A DNA stretch of 64,000 nucleotides from Calcarisporiella thermophila CBS 279.70 (taxonomy: Eukaryota > Fungi > Calcarisporiellomycota). Positions 1-14,798 of the stretch are shown piece by piece; position 1 is the stretch's first letter, and every line of letters begins with the position of its first letter. A program made the position numbers and the translations under genes. The notes under the pieces are model-generated. The model was not told the origin of the DNA and ran no database searches. It worked only from the letters and a program-made list of their open reading frames with translations. The stretch covers positions 617,760 through 681,759 of the forward strand of contig NW_027192208.1 in NCBI RefSeq assembly GCF_041956535.1, given 5' to 3'.

Positions 1-2213
<2,213 letters not shown>

Positions 2214-2329
2214 CGCATTTGTTATTTGTTATTCTCTAATCCTGATATTAAGGAGAGAAAAAAGGGGAAGAGCTGAGTTTCAATTCTGCTACAAGGTTTT
2301 TCAAAGAAAAACCGTTCTTAACGCATGAA

Positions 2330-2360
2330 TGACGTGAAGTTCAGTGACGTTTAGTGACGT
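2330..2360. promoter_or_regulatory. Three tandem TGACGT (CRE/ATF-type) sites in the STE20/TFA1 bidirectional promoter
   Basis: TGACGT at 2330, 2345 and 2355 within the 220-bp gap between divergent start codons. Confidence 0.5.
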
Positions 2361-2432
2361 TTCAGATTTCTATACCTAGGCCAGAATAACGCACCGATCC
2401 ACTATTTCCTTTGAACAGATCTTCTCCTTACA

Positions 2433-4478
2433 ATGTCAAACTCCAAGTTGAAAGGTGAAGATTTGCAAATTCTCAGAACGCTCGTTGCCCGCGTGGGGCG
2501 AGCGTTCTACGAACCACGCCAGATCGCGGTTCTTGATGCGTTGAATAAATCGAAACCGTATGTATATTTCCCACGCGGAAGAAATTTCTCTTCTGTCAAA
2601 TACTCTGAATAAAATCCAAATATGCATATTCAACACTAGGCTGAAGGATGATGATCTTGCTCTGCTGGTGAAGATGTCTCCGAAAGAGATCCACAAGATC
2701 TGTGGAAAGTTACGCGAGGAGAGATTGTTAAGATCGTATGTCACTAAAATACGCTTACAATGAGAATTTCGACCTGTTAATACAAACAAATGTTTTGCAT
2801 GATAGTGAGCAACGTAATGAACCCCGTAAACCAGATCAGCGCCTTATTCCACGCGTTTATTACTTTATTGACTACAAACAGTTTGTTGATGTGGTTAAAT
2901 GGAGGATGTTTAAAATGCAGCGGACTGTGCGAGAAGAGATGCAAGAGGTTAGTGCTAAAGCAAATATTGCTAAGGATTAAAAGACTTCTTTCGGCCTATT
3001 CTTTTGTAAAATGGAGTGAGTAATCTTCTACTCTATTTTCCGCTGTGCAAAAGGCGGCAGATACAAAAGGATATATATGCCCTAACGATGATTGCAAGCG
3101 CGAGTACACTTTATTAGAAGCCACTTACAATATCGATCCACAGACAGGCCTCTTTCTTTGCGAAGTATGTAGCTCTGAGCTTGTCAAGAATGACAACTCC
3201 CAGAAATTAAAAGAATGTGAAGCGAAAGTGGCACGGTATATAACAATATTGCGGAGGATCCCGAAAGGAGATTTAACACATACTCGTTCTCTAGGCTTGT
3301 AGAACAATCTCAACTTATCATTTCGTTGTTGAAGAAGACAGACTCTATCGTGATACCTGCGTATGTATCAATGTATTTTATCAATAATGCAATGGCTGAT
3401 ATTTATATGTTGACCATGCAGGAGCTACTCAACTGCCGCAGGTATTGTTCCGGGCACTACGAAGAAAGGTGCTACCGCCGCAGGTAAAGTCATGCACAGC
3501 TACTGTTTTTTTAGATAGGAATTATTCATATTATTTTATCCAACTAGACAAAGAGCTTGCCCTTGCCCAAGACACTGGTGCTGCTCAAGCCGATATTGTT
3601 GTTGTCATTAAAGAAGATAATGAGGCTGCGAAGCGCGCAAGACAGGCAGAAGCTGAAAAGAAAAGAGAGCAAAACGCCCTCCCAATATGGTACCAGGCGA
3701 GCACAATTGGCCCTGCTAGCGGAGAAGTAACTGCGACGGCGACAGACAATTCTAGCGTGGTTGATGCAGAGGAAGAAAAGTGGGAGGAAACGGGCGATTC
3801 GGGAGATATGGATGAAGAGGATACGGAAGAGTGTGCGTATTATATCTTTGTGGCACGGTTTGGGTTACTTGCTTTTAACCTATTTTTTGCGAATGCATTT
3901 AGTTTACCGAAAATATTATGCAAATCTTATGCAAGGTGAGGGAACAGCTGATTATTCAGTCAATGATTTGGAGGAGGAGAGCGAAAGGGACAAGACCTCG
4001 GATTTGGAGGTTACTATCGGCGTTAAGCGGCCTCGTGAAGACGAAACTGAAGATGAATATCCGAGCCAGAGATATGCAAACGGTGCAACAGAAAGAGAGG
4101 TAGAGACTTAAAACAGTTCACGTTGTACATTGGATTGCTAACGATTTATGTTACTAACCTGCGATTAGCAGAGTGACGAAGAGATCAACGATGAGGAATA
4201 TGAGGAGGATACTGGAGTCGATGAATCTCGCGAAATCCCAACCGTTATGGGTAAACCGATACTATCCCGCTCATATGCAAGATCTATAAATAACTTTTGT
4301 GGATATGTAGTTTCTGGAGAGCCGGTATTAATCACAGAGATCACGGAAGAGCATAAGGATAAGATGACCCCTGAAGAATATATGGTAGGGCACAATCTAT
4401 ATTGGAATTGAAATAGAGTGGTGTACTTATTCTCTTTAATAGGCCTACTATCAAGTGTGGCAGAGCTGGGAGCAATAG
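2433..4478 (+). CDS. TFA1: Transcription initiation factor TFIIE alpha subunit, multi-exon
   Basis: Spliced reading: LRTLVARVGRAFYE, YYFIDYKQFVDVVKWRM, zinc ribbon CPNDDC...CEVC, EQNALPIWYQASTI, and acidic C-terminus DKMTPEEY/AYYQ. ATG 2433, TAG 4476-4478. Confidence 0.92.
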
Positions 4479-4718
4479 AATATATGTAGACACTGGGGCT
4501 TTACCTAAATCCATGTTTGTTAATAAGCAACAATGTGAGAGGGAGTAATCATGTTCAATTGTATGATAGAAAATTTAACCAAAGAAAATAAACTTTAACG
4601 ATCATCAAATCAACTTGAAACATATTTGCTGCGCCACATGTTTACAAAAAGGGACTCGAGGCTCTATAGAATTCTGCTGGAGGTTTTTAACCCTAAAAAA
4701 TCTTACAATATTTTAACA

Positions 4719-6513
4719 ATGGAGAGAGAGCAAGTTGTTGTTGGAATTAATTTCGGATCGTCATACTCCTCCATCGCTTACTTAAATCAGGTGGGTCTAC
4801 ATTGATAGCATACTATAATGGCAATGTATATTCTAACGGTTCACTCTAGAACGGCCGCCCTGATTGTTTGGCAAATGAAGATGGTGATAGGCAAATTCCA
4901 TCGGTTATTGCCTTTGCGGGTGAGGAAGAGGTAAACTAAGCCTTTCGATTAATGACATATTTACGCTAGGAAAAAGTGTCTGACTTTTTGTATATTAGTT
5001 CATTGGAGGCCAGGCGCTAGCACAGATTTTTAGGAACCCTCAAAATACGGTGGCTATGTTCCACGATTTATTAGGAAAAAGGTAGCTAAAATGCCAAAAA
5101 TAATGACCCATTATGACATGAACTTATTATGTAAATGGTGTTGATAGCTTCTCCGAGATAGATGCCTCAAGTGATATCTACTCCGCTTCTCTTAAAAACA
5201 AAGATGGTAAACCTGCATTCGAAGTTGAGATTTCTGGCAGCACCCAGGTCTTCACTGCAGGAGAGCTCGCCACAAAATTCTTGCAACGCTTGCGGGAGTC
5301 TGCAGAGGCGTATCTCGGGAACCCAGTTTCTGGCGCTGTTCTTGCCGTTCCTGCTGAATTTACAGATGCTCAGCGTGTAGAGCTAACACATGCAGCTGAG
5401 AATGCAGGACTCAAGGTGTTGCATGTGTTGCATGATACTACAGCTGCCATGCTGGCCTATGGTTTGTCTGGTAAAGTAGAGGATAAGACGGTGGTGGTCG
5501 CAGATTTGGGCGCCCACAGCTTTAATGTCTCTGTTGTGGCTTCTCGTGGTGGACTCTTTACTATCCTGGGAACGGCACACGAAGCAGGTTTGGGTGGTGC
5601 GGCCTTGGATGAGCTGCTTGTGAACCATTTCGCTGCTGAGTTCAAAAAGAAGACCAAGATCGACATCTCAGGCAATCGCAAAGCCTTGGCGAAGCTACGC
5701 GCGGCCGCTGAAATTACAAAACGCACGCTCAGCTCGAGCGCTTCTGCACCTTGCTCCGTCGAATCGCTGGCGGAGGGAATTGATTTTCACAGCACCATCA
5801 ACCGAATCCGCTTTGAGATGATGGCAAACCGCGTCTTAGGGAAATGCACCACCGTCATTGATCAAGTGCTTGAGAAGGTCGAATTAAAGCCTGCCCAAAT
5901 CGACGAAGTGATTCTGGTGGGTGGCTCTGCTCGTGTTCCTAAATTCCAGGCGAAGCTACGAGACATGTTTGGTTTGGAAGAGGGTAAATTGCGAATGGAA
6001 GTGGAACCCGATGAAGCCGTGGCGGCTGGTTGCGCTGTACAGGCGACCCTCTTGATGGACATGGATAAGGAGGCTATTGAGCAAATCACTCAGCCCAGTA
6101 TGACAAAGGCACCCCATCTCACCAAGCCTATTGGTGTGGTCGACGTGGAGGGCAAATTCCACGTAATACTGAAGGCGGATACTCCTCTGCCTGTGAGACG
6201 AAGAGAGGAAATGAAGGTTGGAGCAGAAAAGAGCGTCTATGTAGCGTTGTGGGAAGGTCAGCATATGGCAGTTGTGAAGGAAATAAAGAAAGAAAAAGGA
6301 GAGGAAGAGGAGGAGGAGGAGGAGGAGGAGAAACGCGAAATTATTGTTGACAAGGCCGAAACACTTCTAGCAGAATTAGCACTGGAGCAGGTGCAGAGCG
6401 AAACCGTCGAGTTGACATTACAGGTTGATGCCGATGGAAAGCTGACCATCATATTACGTGAAAAACGGCCCGAAGGCAAGGTTGTCAAATGCGAGACTGA
6501 CGGCAGTGCGTAG
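4719..6513 (+). CDS. SSZ1: Ribosome-associated complex Hsp70 (Ssz1/HSPA14 type)
   Basis: VVGINFGSSYSSIA, ANEDGDRQIPS, TLSSSASAPCSVESLAEGIDFHSTINRIRFE, VILVGGSARVPK. Short C-terminus with no lid or EEVD, typical of Ssz1. Four short 5' introns. Confidence 0.9.
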
Positions 6514-6784
6514 ATGAAATTTGGCATTCGTTCCATAAATATTCTCTCCAAAATGGCTTCATTCTTATATTGCTTTCTTCCTGTATCACAGTTTCGTTCT
6601 TTTTTATTTTTCCTATTTCAACCCAATATAGACTGATATCATTATTAGACATAGATATGTTTTGTTTATTTACGGAAGTATACTCGGGAGATAGCGTGAT
6701 AAAAGGAAAAGGAGAAGTAATTTACATAGCATTTTCCGCACATTAATTTAGGAATTTTCTATCTGGAATTCAAGCAACAGTAGC

Positions 6785-7208
6785 TTATTGTTTCTCCTCC
6801 CAATGTGCAATCCATTTTTCTAGATCGAATCGCGGATCCTCTGGATCGCTCACTACTCCATCAGCTCCCTTCTCCGCAGCCTTGAGTCGTGACCACTCTG
6901 CTCGCCCACGTTCAATTAGAGCTTGTTTGTGTGCCCATTCCGAATCAATACGATTCTTTTCTTCAGCACGGACAAGAGAGGAGTGGTGGTAAGCACCATA
7001 TAACACACCTAAGCCGAGGGCAGACCAACGGGATACCTAGAATTCATAAGGGGGAATCAATCCAAATTATTAGAACATGTATGGAATAGTAGAAAATATT
7101 AAAGAGTAAGCATGGGCGAATCACTTCCATCAAATATATAATAGTTATAATAATATAAAATTATACAATATATATATCTTAACTCACGTTGACAAGTGGA
7201 GCGGTCAT
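6785..7208 (-). CDS. TIM11: Mitochondrial ATP synthase subunit e
   Basis: Two exons: MTAPLVN / VSRWSALGLGVLYGAYHH...VVSDPEDPRFDLEKWI. GxxxG transmembrane motif and DPxDPxFDLE tail typical of fungal subunit e. Confidence 0.88.
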
Positions 7209-7417
7209 CTTTTCGGGATTGTATATCAAATTTTCGATCTTTAGTAACTATATACGTTCTCGTCAACAATCATGCGGCGTAGCAGGAATTTGAGGCGCAG
7301 ATATCGTGCTTTTTAGGAGCCATGTGAATTTCATATGCAAAGCTTAAAAATTCGGCCTTCGCGTCCCTTCAACCAGTATACGTTTTTGATAAAATAGATA
7401 CAATTATATAAGGGCCG

Positions 7418-8713
7418 ATGCTCGCAAGATTCAGAACACAAGGATATAACGGATATTCGGTAATTATTTTGCATGTGATTTGGGCTTTACTGAACAAGTC
7501 TTTGCCCTTGTTACCTGCCCTAAAATGATTAATGACTTTCGTTTCAATCTACAAGTATGGTCATATTTACTCCCTCTTCTCGTCTTTTATTCTAGGTCCA
7601 GTTCAGCCCTTTCTTTGAAAATAAGCTCGCATGTGCTTCATCGGCAAATTATGGACTAGTAGGCAATGGTAGATTATATGTGTTGAGGACGGGAGTTGGA
7701 CCTGAGGGCATCGATGCTGAAAGAATGTAAAGAATCTAAGCTTGTTGCGCTTAACTGCAAATGCCAACAAGTGTTTCATTTTTATTAAATAGTTTCGACA
7801 CACAAGATGGGCTTTTTGATGTATGCTGGAGCGAGGTGAATGAGAATCATTTGATTAGTGCAAGCGGAGATGGATCAATAAAACTTTGGGATACTAATTT
7901 AGCTGTAATATAACTTTTATTCTCTACTTGTTCTCCTGCTTGCAGTAGAATGTCTAATGCTTATCTATTTTGCCCCAGGATCTACCAATTCGAAACTGGC
8001 ATGAGCATGCAAGAGAGGTTTTCTCATTGAATTGGAATTTAATTAAGAAAGATGCGTTTGTATCAGGATCCTGGGATCAGACAATTAAGCTGGTAAATAT
8101 TCGAATCCATAATATTTCAATTCTATTAGACGCATCCAGTCATTATTAATACTTTTCTTCTTCATGCCAGTGGAATCCAGAAGCTCCGAAATCTATATCT
8201 ACATGGAAAGAACATACGCATTGTGTCTACGGGGTATCATGGTCTCCTCATCACCCGGGACTTTTTGCTTCTGCCTCGGGTGACCACACCATTAAACTCT
8301 GGGATGTGGCCTCCCCTCGTTCTGCTCAAACTCTCCGTACGCACCACAATGAAGTGCTATGTCTAGATTGGAATAAATACCAAGAGCACACGATTGTGAC
8401 GGGAAGCGTCGACCGCACCGTGCGTATTTGGGACTTAAGACGACCCTCTCATGAATTGGCAACATTAGTAGGACATGAATATGCCGTTAGGAGGGTGAAA
8501 TGTTCACCACACAGGGGAAATATTATTGCTTCAAGTGCATATGATATGACGATGCGTGTATGGGAAACGAATGGGCGGCAAATACACGTGCACGACGCGC
8601 ACTCGGAGTTTGTTCTAGGGGTGGATTTCAATTTGTATCTAGAGGGAGTTGTGGCGACATGTGCGTGGGATGAATGGGTGCATGTTTTTGGGCTAGCACC
8701 ACCGGCACCGTGA
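7418..8713 (+). CDS. PEX7: PTS2 receptor peroxin 7 (WD40)
   Basis: [14 protein letters not shown] / [28 protein letters not shown] / [14 protein letters not shown]...[10 protein letters not shown]; [30 protein letters not shown]. Confidence 0.95.
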
Positions 8714-9289
8714 ATATAGTTCCTCTTATTTTGCTCGTCTGTTCTATAATAAATAAACATTTTTCAAATAAATTAATATCCATATTCTATTAATTTTTGA
8801 TTTATCTTCCAAAGAACTCGATGATGCTCTTCGATTGCTCAAATTGCTCTGTGTGGGTGTGGTTTGTTCCTACTGCAAACCTTAGATGGTGTATATTAAA
8901 TGGATCCAAAGTCACATTGTTTCAGAGTAGTATACATCCAAATTCTTTACTGAATTATTGAATGATTGAAATAGAGTAAATCAGTTCGAAAATTGGTATT
9001 GTGGTGCAGCGCACATAAAGAAAAGCTAAGAGATGCATCGCAGTTGTATAAGCCTTTGCGTATTCTTGGGGCTTTGTCGAGAAAAGATGGGGATGCAAGG
9101 CGTTTCGAGAATTGTGGGGGGAAAAAAATCAGATCATGCTAGCTAAAACAACTTTTCCCTTTTTACCATTATTATATAAAACTGTACAAGCGAAAAAAAG
9201 GAAACGAGAGAGAGGGAAAATTGAGTCTTGATGAGAGTATTGATTCGAGCCCAAATCTTTAAAAAGCCTCAGTATATAAAAGCTAGTGT

Positions 9290-10358
9290 TCATTTCTTGG
9301 TATCCGTTACCTCCACCAGCGAAAACCGGCAAACTGGGCAAGTTCCATTCCGCTGCAACCACTGTCGTATACACTCGCTATGGTATATATGTTTGCATGG
9401 CATCTCCAGCCCCTCTTCTCCAATTCCATAGTGTTCCTGGCATATTGAGCAGTCAAGTGACTTTGCGACATGATCTCTTGAGATCTGCACCAACGGAAGA
9501 GCTCTAATAGCTTCCTCAGAGGCGGGGGGCGGCTGGTTTTGTCTAATCAAGGATCGACTTTAGTTTTGTCGACGACTTTAAGAAGGCTGTATTAAATAAA
9601 CTTACGCTGCTGTCTGTTCCATTAAGTCACTGATCACAGAGTCCAGCTCTCTTTGAGACCACACGTAATTGCCTGCGTTAGCTACAACGTTGAACATATT
9701 GAAGAGTGAATGTCCCTCCCATCCATAGATATCCGGCGCTTCTCCTCCAGGTTCTGAAGAGAGAAACCATCGAAGTAAACTAGCGATGGGTGAACGGCCC
9801 TCAGTTCTTAAACTCGATTCGCTAGAGTCCTCATCACCCTCTTCAGACTCTCGTGCCATCGAATCTGTGAATCTCTCATCGTTGATCGAACTTTCCCTTC
9901 CAAACATTGCTTGGAGCATTGCTCCCATCATCTCTGCTCTCCGTCGTTCTATGCTTGTTGATTCATCATTGTGTTCCTCATTCTCTTCTTCGCCCTCGTC
10001 CTCTTCGTCTGGATAGTCAGCGAAACGTTCCTCGTCGTCTTCCTCTCCGTCTTCATTCATTCCAGCCCATTCCCCCTCGTATTCTGACTCGCCCCCGTCG
10101 TATTCGCCACCTTCTTCTTCATGATCTGTGTTCATATCAATGTATGATGGAGCGTCAGCTGGCCCTAGCTATAATCACAATAGAGTTAATGCGTGCAACT
10201 ACAAAAATGGGCAGTGGGCTCATGATAAATGATCATATGGATATTACCTCTTCAATGAATTCAGAATGACAAATACGACACTGTGTTCTGGGGGTAGAGA
10301 CAAAATCCTCCTGACATGCGTGGCAATAATAGAGTAAAAAGCGGGAAGTATCTGACAT
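9290..10358 (-). CDS. RING-H2 E3 ubiquitin ligase, RNF115/RNF126-like
   Basis: N-terminal YYCHAC...CRICHSEFIEE zinc finger, acidic linker, GNYVWSQRELDSVISDLME, PPPASEEAIRALP, and RING-H2 CSICQE..PCKHIYHSECIRQWL..CPVCR. Confidence 0.88.
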
Positions 10359-10668
10359 GATAGACGTAAATTACTATGAAATTATTATAAAATTGGTGTA
10401 CTGTTGATTTAACTCTAATTATTCAATGTTATGCTTAAAAGAAGAGTAGAAAGAGACAAAAGGAGAAAACGTTAAAGTAAAAATAAAAAAAAATTAAAAC
10501 AAAGAAAGGAAATGTGTATGACTTATTCGTTATTGAAAAGAAAATGGTACACGGAACGTTATCATGCAAAATATTGCTGCGCCGTACCTGAGACTTGGCC
10601 ACCAGGTTATAAATTCAACTTTCTTTTTCCGCGGTTCAGTACAGAATAAGTGTGTATCTTTGACAACC

Positions 10669-11336
10669 ATGAGACGCGATGATGATTTGCCAGGTTTAGC
10701 CGATGTAGAAATTCCCCTCTCCCGTGCAGAGTTAGATGTTAGTACTGGCTTCCAGACTTCAAATTCATGCTGCAGTGTGATTTTTATTCTGATTAAGCAT
10801 TTTTCTAACTTGGATAGGTATTAAGGAAGCAATATTTACGTGAGGGTGAGCTTGCTTCCTCACAGACGAAGTTCAACTATGCCTGGGGCTTAATCAAGAG
10901 TAGGCGCACAGATGAACAGCGTGATGGCGTGAGATTATTTACAGGTAAGATCAATTTTTATTTATAGATATTAAGAATATTTTTGTTAAATCTTCAACCA
11001 GAAATATATAAAGAATTACCTGAGCGTCGGCGAGAATGCCTATACTATCTTGCGCTTGCAAATATGAAACTCGGTGATTACCTTACTGCCAAAAAGTTTG
11101 CAGAAAAACTTTTAGAACATGAACCCAATAATACACAGGCTCAGAAATTACGTTTGATAATCGAAGAAAAATGCTCAAGGGGTAAAATTTATATAAAGAG
11201 TACTCTCCATTAACATATACATTATAATGTTAACTGGCTCTTTAATAATATAGATGGATATATTGGCATGGCAATAGTGGGAGGACTGGTAGCCGCAGCT
11301 GGCATAGCAGTTGCAGCATTTATGAAGAAGAAGTAG
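10669..11336 (+). CDS. FIS1: Mitochondrial/peroxisomal fission protein Fis1
   Basis: Four exons: VLRKQYLREG..QTKFNYAWGLIKS, ERRRECLYYLAL, EPNNTQA, then tail anchor DGYIGMAIVGGLVAAAGIAVAAFMKKK. Confidence 0.95.
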
Positions 11337-11743
11337 TAGTACTGATATGATATAATATCACTACTTTTTTAGAGTTATTTATTTGAGAATTCTAAATATA
11401 TATTTCACAAGGTAACTGTAATATGACGAGCAATCTGCAATTGAATTTATTTTTTTTAAAAAATAACACAGCACTTCTCCTAACACCTGTCGATGATGTT
11501 TTTGGAGATAGCTCTCAATATCATCTTGGTAAAATACATGGAGAGAAGGAGGAAATCACAAGTCTCCTATGTGAATTTTGACAGATGTCTACAACTTATC
11601 ATAAGAAACTAACATACCCTAAAGTGCAAAAGATTAATTGTGACTGCATATTTAAAAAGTCACTTGATAAACAATGTTGAAAGCTAATGAAATAATTCGG
11701 CCACCTTAAGAGCCCAAGTAACACTAATATAATCATTCGAACC

Positions 11744-14625
11744 ATGAAGGGTACCCGCACGCTTAAGCAGGCTCATGCAATCCCTTCCCGTCAATGGTGG
11801 TATATATGTCGCCGCTGCCTAACTACCAACTCTATACCTCCTCATCCCATTAGCGAAAATATACCGTCAAATTCTGGGGATGAGAAACTGGGTGTCGATC
11901 CATTTGCTCACTCAGATCCTTTCAAATCGGGAAAAGAAGGAGAAAAGAGGAAGGAAAGTGTTGGAGAGTTTGGATCCATGACAAATAGTACCAGCATTGC
12001 TAGGGCAAGAGATATCAAATACAAAAGTATTCCCTAATTTTTTACACTTCAATTGTCATAAAATTGAGCTTTTGAGCTAAGACGCATTTCTTTGGATTTA
12101 TATAATAATTATTGAATTCAGGTATAGATCCACCGTTTTTTGTACCGATTCCTAGGCTTGCTCATGGCCTTGACCGCGTGCTCTTCAAGTAATTTATGCA
12201 TCCTTTTCTCCCTAAGCTTGCCATTATGTTCATGTTGGGCTTTATAATCTATATAGTCCAGGAGTCAACTATCTTCAGGACCCTCGAACAAAAATCTACA
12301 ATTTTGATCCTTATCTCCGTTACATTCTTCCCCCTTCTGAATTCGATTATGACGCGTTAGCACCCTATATCACATCTTCCAAGGATAAAGTACATAATCT
12401 TGCTTTGACTGTATCTTTTTGGATATCAAATTTACTAGCTGGATTATTGACTTTACATATCTATTTCCATTTAAGATACTCGAAAACTTGGCTCGTGAAC
12501 ACCAGAAGCGCTATATTGGTTCTACATCATCAATGACCCATGTACTTTCTCATTTTTATTACCTTATTTCATCCTGGCGCCCTATTGATACTTCATGCCT
12601 TTCTATGGCATTTGCGGACCAAGTATATATTCGAATCTATCGACTTTAGTGGTATCCCAGCTAATAATTATTTTTATAGCCTAATGGTTTTACAGGTGCA
12701 ATGAAAGCCCCAGCAACCATTTATCTCCGCAATCGTCAAGGAGTTTATGCTATTGATGCAGACAAAAGCGTTGATATCCCAGACGGCATTCTCTCTGTTC
12801 TTGGTAAATCTATGGAGAAAATGCTTACACTCTCTCCCGAAGAATTCGATAAGTACAGGAAAGGTAACACATGGCGCCTTCGTGAAGATGAAAAGAGCAA
12901 GCCTGAAGCCTACCATTACGCTACTGTAGGTTTACACGGAATATTTTGGATGACTTGAATAATTAACTTGTGGGTATTTAGGTGGAAAATTTCCTTTTAA
13001 GATCGCAACTGGATTGTATGGATGACAGGCTACCGAACAAGGTGTTTGATTTAAAAACGAGGGCAGCAATTTCGATTAGGTTGGATCAGCTTAATTATAT
13101 GGTGAGACTGGACATGGGACGTGAAATTACATAGATATCGACTTACATGATCCATGAATGTTAGAACAATATCGGATATCAAATCAATCGCTCTCATGGA
13201 TTATTTGAATCTTTTGAGCGTGAATACTATGATATGATGCGGTCAGCAATGCTAAAATATAGGTATGCAGATATTTACCTTTTGTATATATCTTTCGTCT
13301 AACAAAGACTTTCATTTTCACATTCAGCCTCCAAGTAAGAATCGGATCCATGGATGGTATTTTCGTTGCGTACCATAATACTGCCAAGATTTTTGGCTTC
13401 CAATATATTTCCCTTGATGAAATGGATGCGCGACTCTTTGGTAATTCAGTCCTTGGAGAGGAAAGTTTTTTGATTTCTTTGAAATTACTACGGCACGTGC
13501 TGGACACGGTTACTGAAAGGTTCCCCGGAAAGGTAGGAAATAAGAAATGATATGATATATCAAATGGCAATGCTTCATTCGATATATATTCAATAGACTC
13601 TTCGTCTGGGATTTGAAACTTCCAAGCGTTCTCAGAATCTTAATATATTTGCCGAGGTTGTCCCCGATGAGGAAGGAACTAACACGCAACAATTGACTAC
13701 GGATTTCTTCTCCACCTCTCCCTTGGTTCTCGACGAACACGCACCGCTGGCCAAATTTCAATTACGCTGCCACTCCAAGGTTAATGGACGACACATAACC
13801 ACTGCGCTTGGCGATCTCAACCCTCTCGGAAGTGATTTATGGGAAGTTCATTATGAGTTGCAAGAAATTAAAGCGCCCCTTGATAATTTGCGGAGAGGGT
13901 ATGCAGCAATGAGAACTCGACAAATGAATATGTACATGCTGCAAGGAGCAGGGGAAGGCCGCGAGTTTCCATTATTGAAAACTGTGAGAAGGTTAAGCCG
14001 TGAAGGAGCTTTAGGGGCAGCTGAAGAAGATGAGGAATTTGGGGAAGGTGAAGTTGAAGTATATGGGCAAAATATCAGCGCAGGTTTAGACTTATCACGA
14101 CCAAGGGTAATGGTGCAGAGGCCCTCACCTTCTGATACAGATACTGTAGTAGACGTGGCCGATAACGAAGGGAAATACTCCAGTAAAAAACGAGAACGAG
14201 TTTCAGAACTTATGGGATCCTTAAGATTGCCCATCTGGCCTTGCCCAACAGCATACGAGCTGCGAACCATGAACCGTAAAACATTGATACGCAATCTCAA
14301 GAAAATATCACAGCCTGCAACAGGGACGACTGAGGAACTTCGTACTCGTCTCGATCGCTTCACATGTTTCCCCCGTGCTGAGCACATACTACAAAGATGG
14401 GAGCAGTTTCTTCTACCCATTTTGCCCAAGCGTTCCGATGGAACCGGAGGAGCGAAAATTCCAGATTTAGATGCATTGACTAAAGTAGAACTTAGAGAAG
14501 TCTGCAAGCACCTGGGGGTGTTATATACAAGTAGAGAGAACAAGGCCATACTTGCGGAACGTGTAGTAGAGACGGTTCGAAATGCTAGAGAGGTAGTGGA
14601 AGAGGCAGAAGGCCTGAAAGGATGA
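11744..14625 (+). CDS. PET127: Mitochondrial 5'-3' exoribonuclease Pet127 with C-terminal SAP-like extension
   Basis: PRLAHGLDRVLFN/PGVNYLQDPRT, YIGSTSSMTHVLSHFYY, LGKSMEKMLT, RSQLDC..FDLKTRA, EREYYDMMRSAMLKYS/LQVRIGSMDGIFVAYHN. Basic presequence-like N-terminus. The last exon continues in frame into ORF 13693-14625. Confidence 0.92.
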
Positions 14626-14798
14626 AAATTTTTTGCTGATACCCCAAAATGGAGATTAAGATTTAAGTGACGGGCAGGGTTTAGAGTTGATATATAATTT
14701 ATTAAATTGTTCTTACTATGCAATAAATTCAATGCTTGCGAAGGGCAACCATAGATATAGATAATATTACAAAAAATAGGATAATCGAAATTTTGTTA

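Noticed and set aside
4719-6513. Hsp70 with a truncated C-terminus and no EEVD
   Set aside because: This is normal for the Ssz1/HSPA14 subfamily, not a pseudogene or a novelty.
13851-14732. 293-aa antisense ORF over the PET127 last exon
   Set aside because: It is an in-register antisense mirror of a coding exon, Ser-rich and without motifs.
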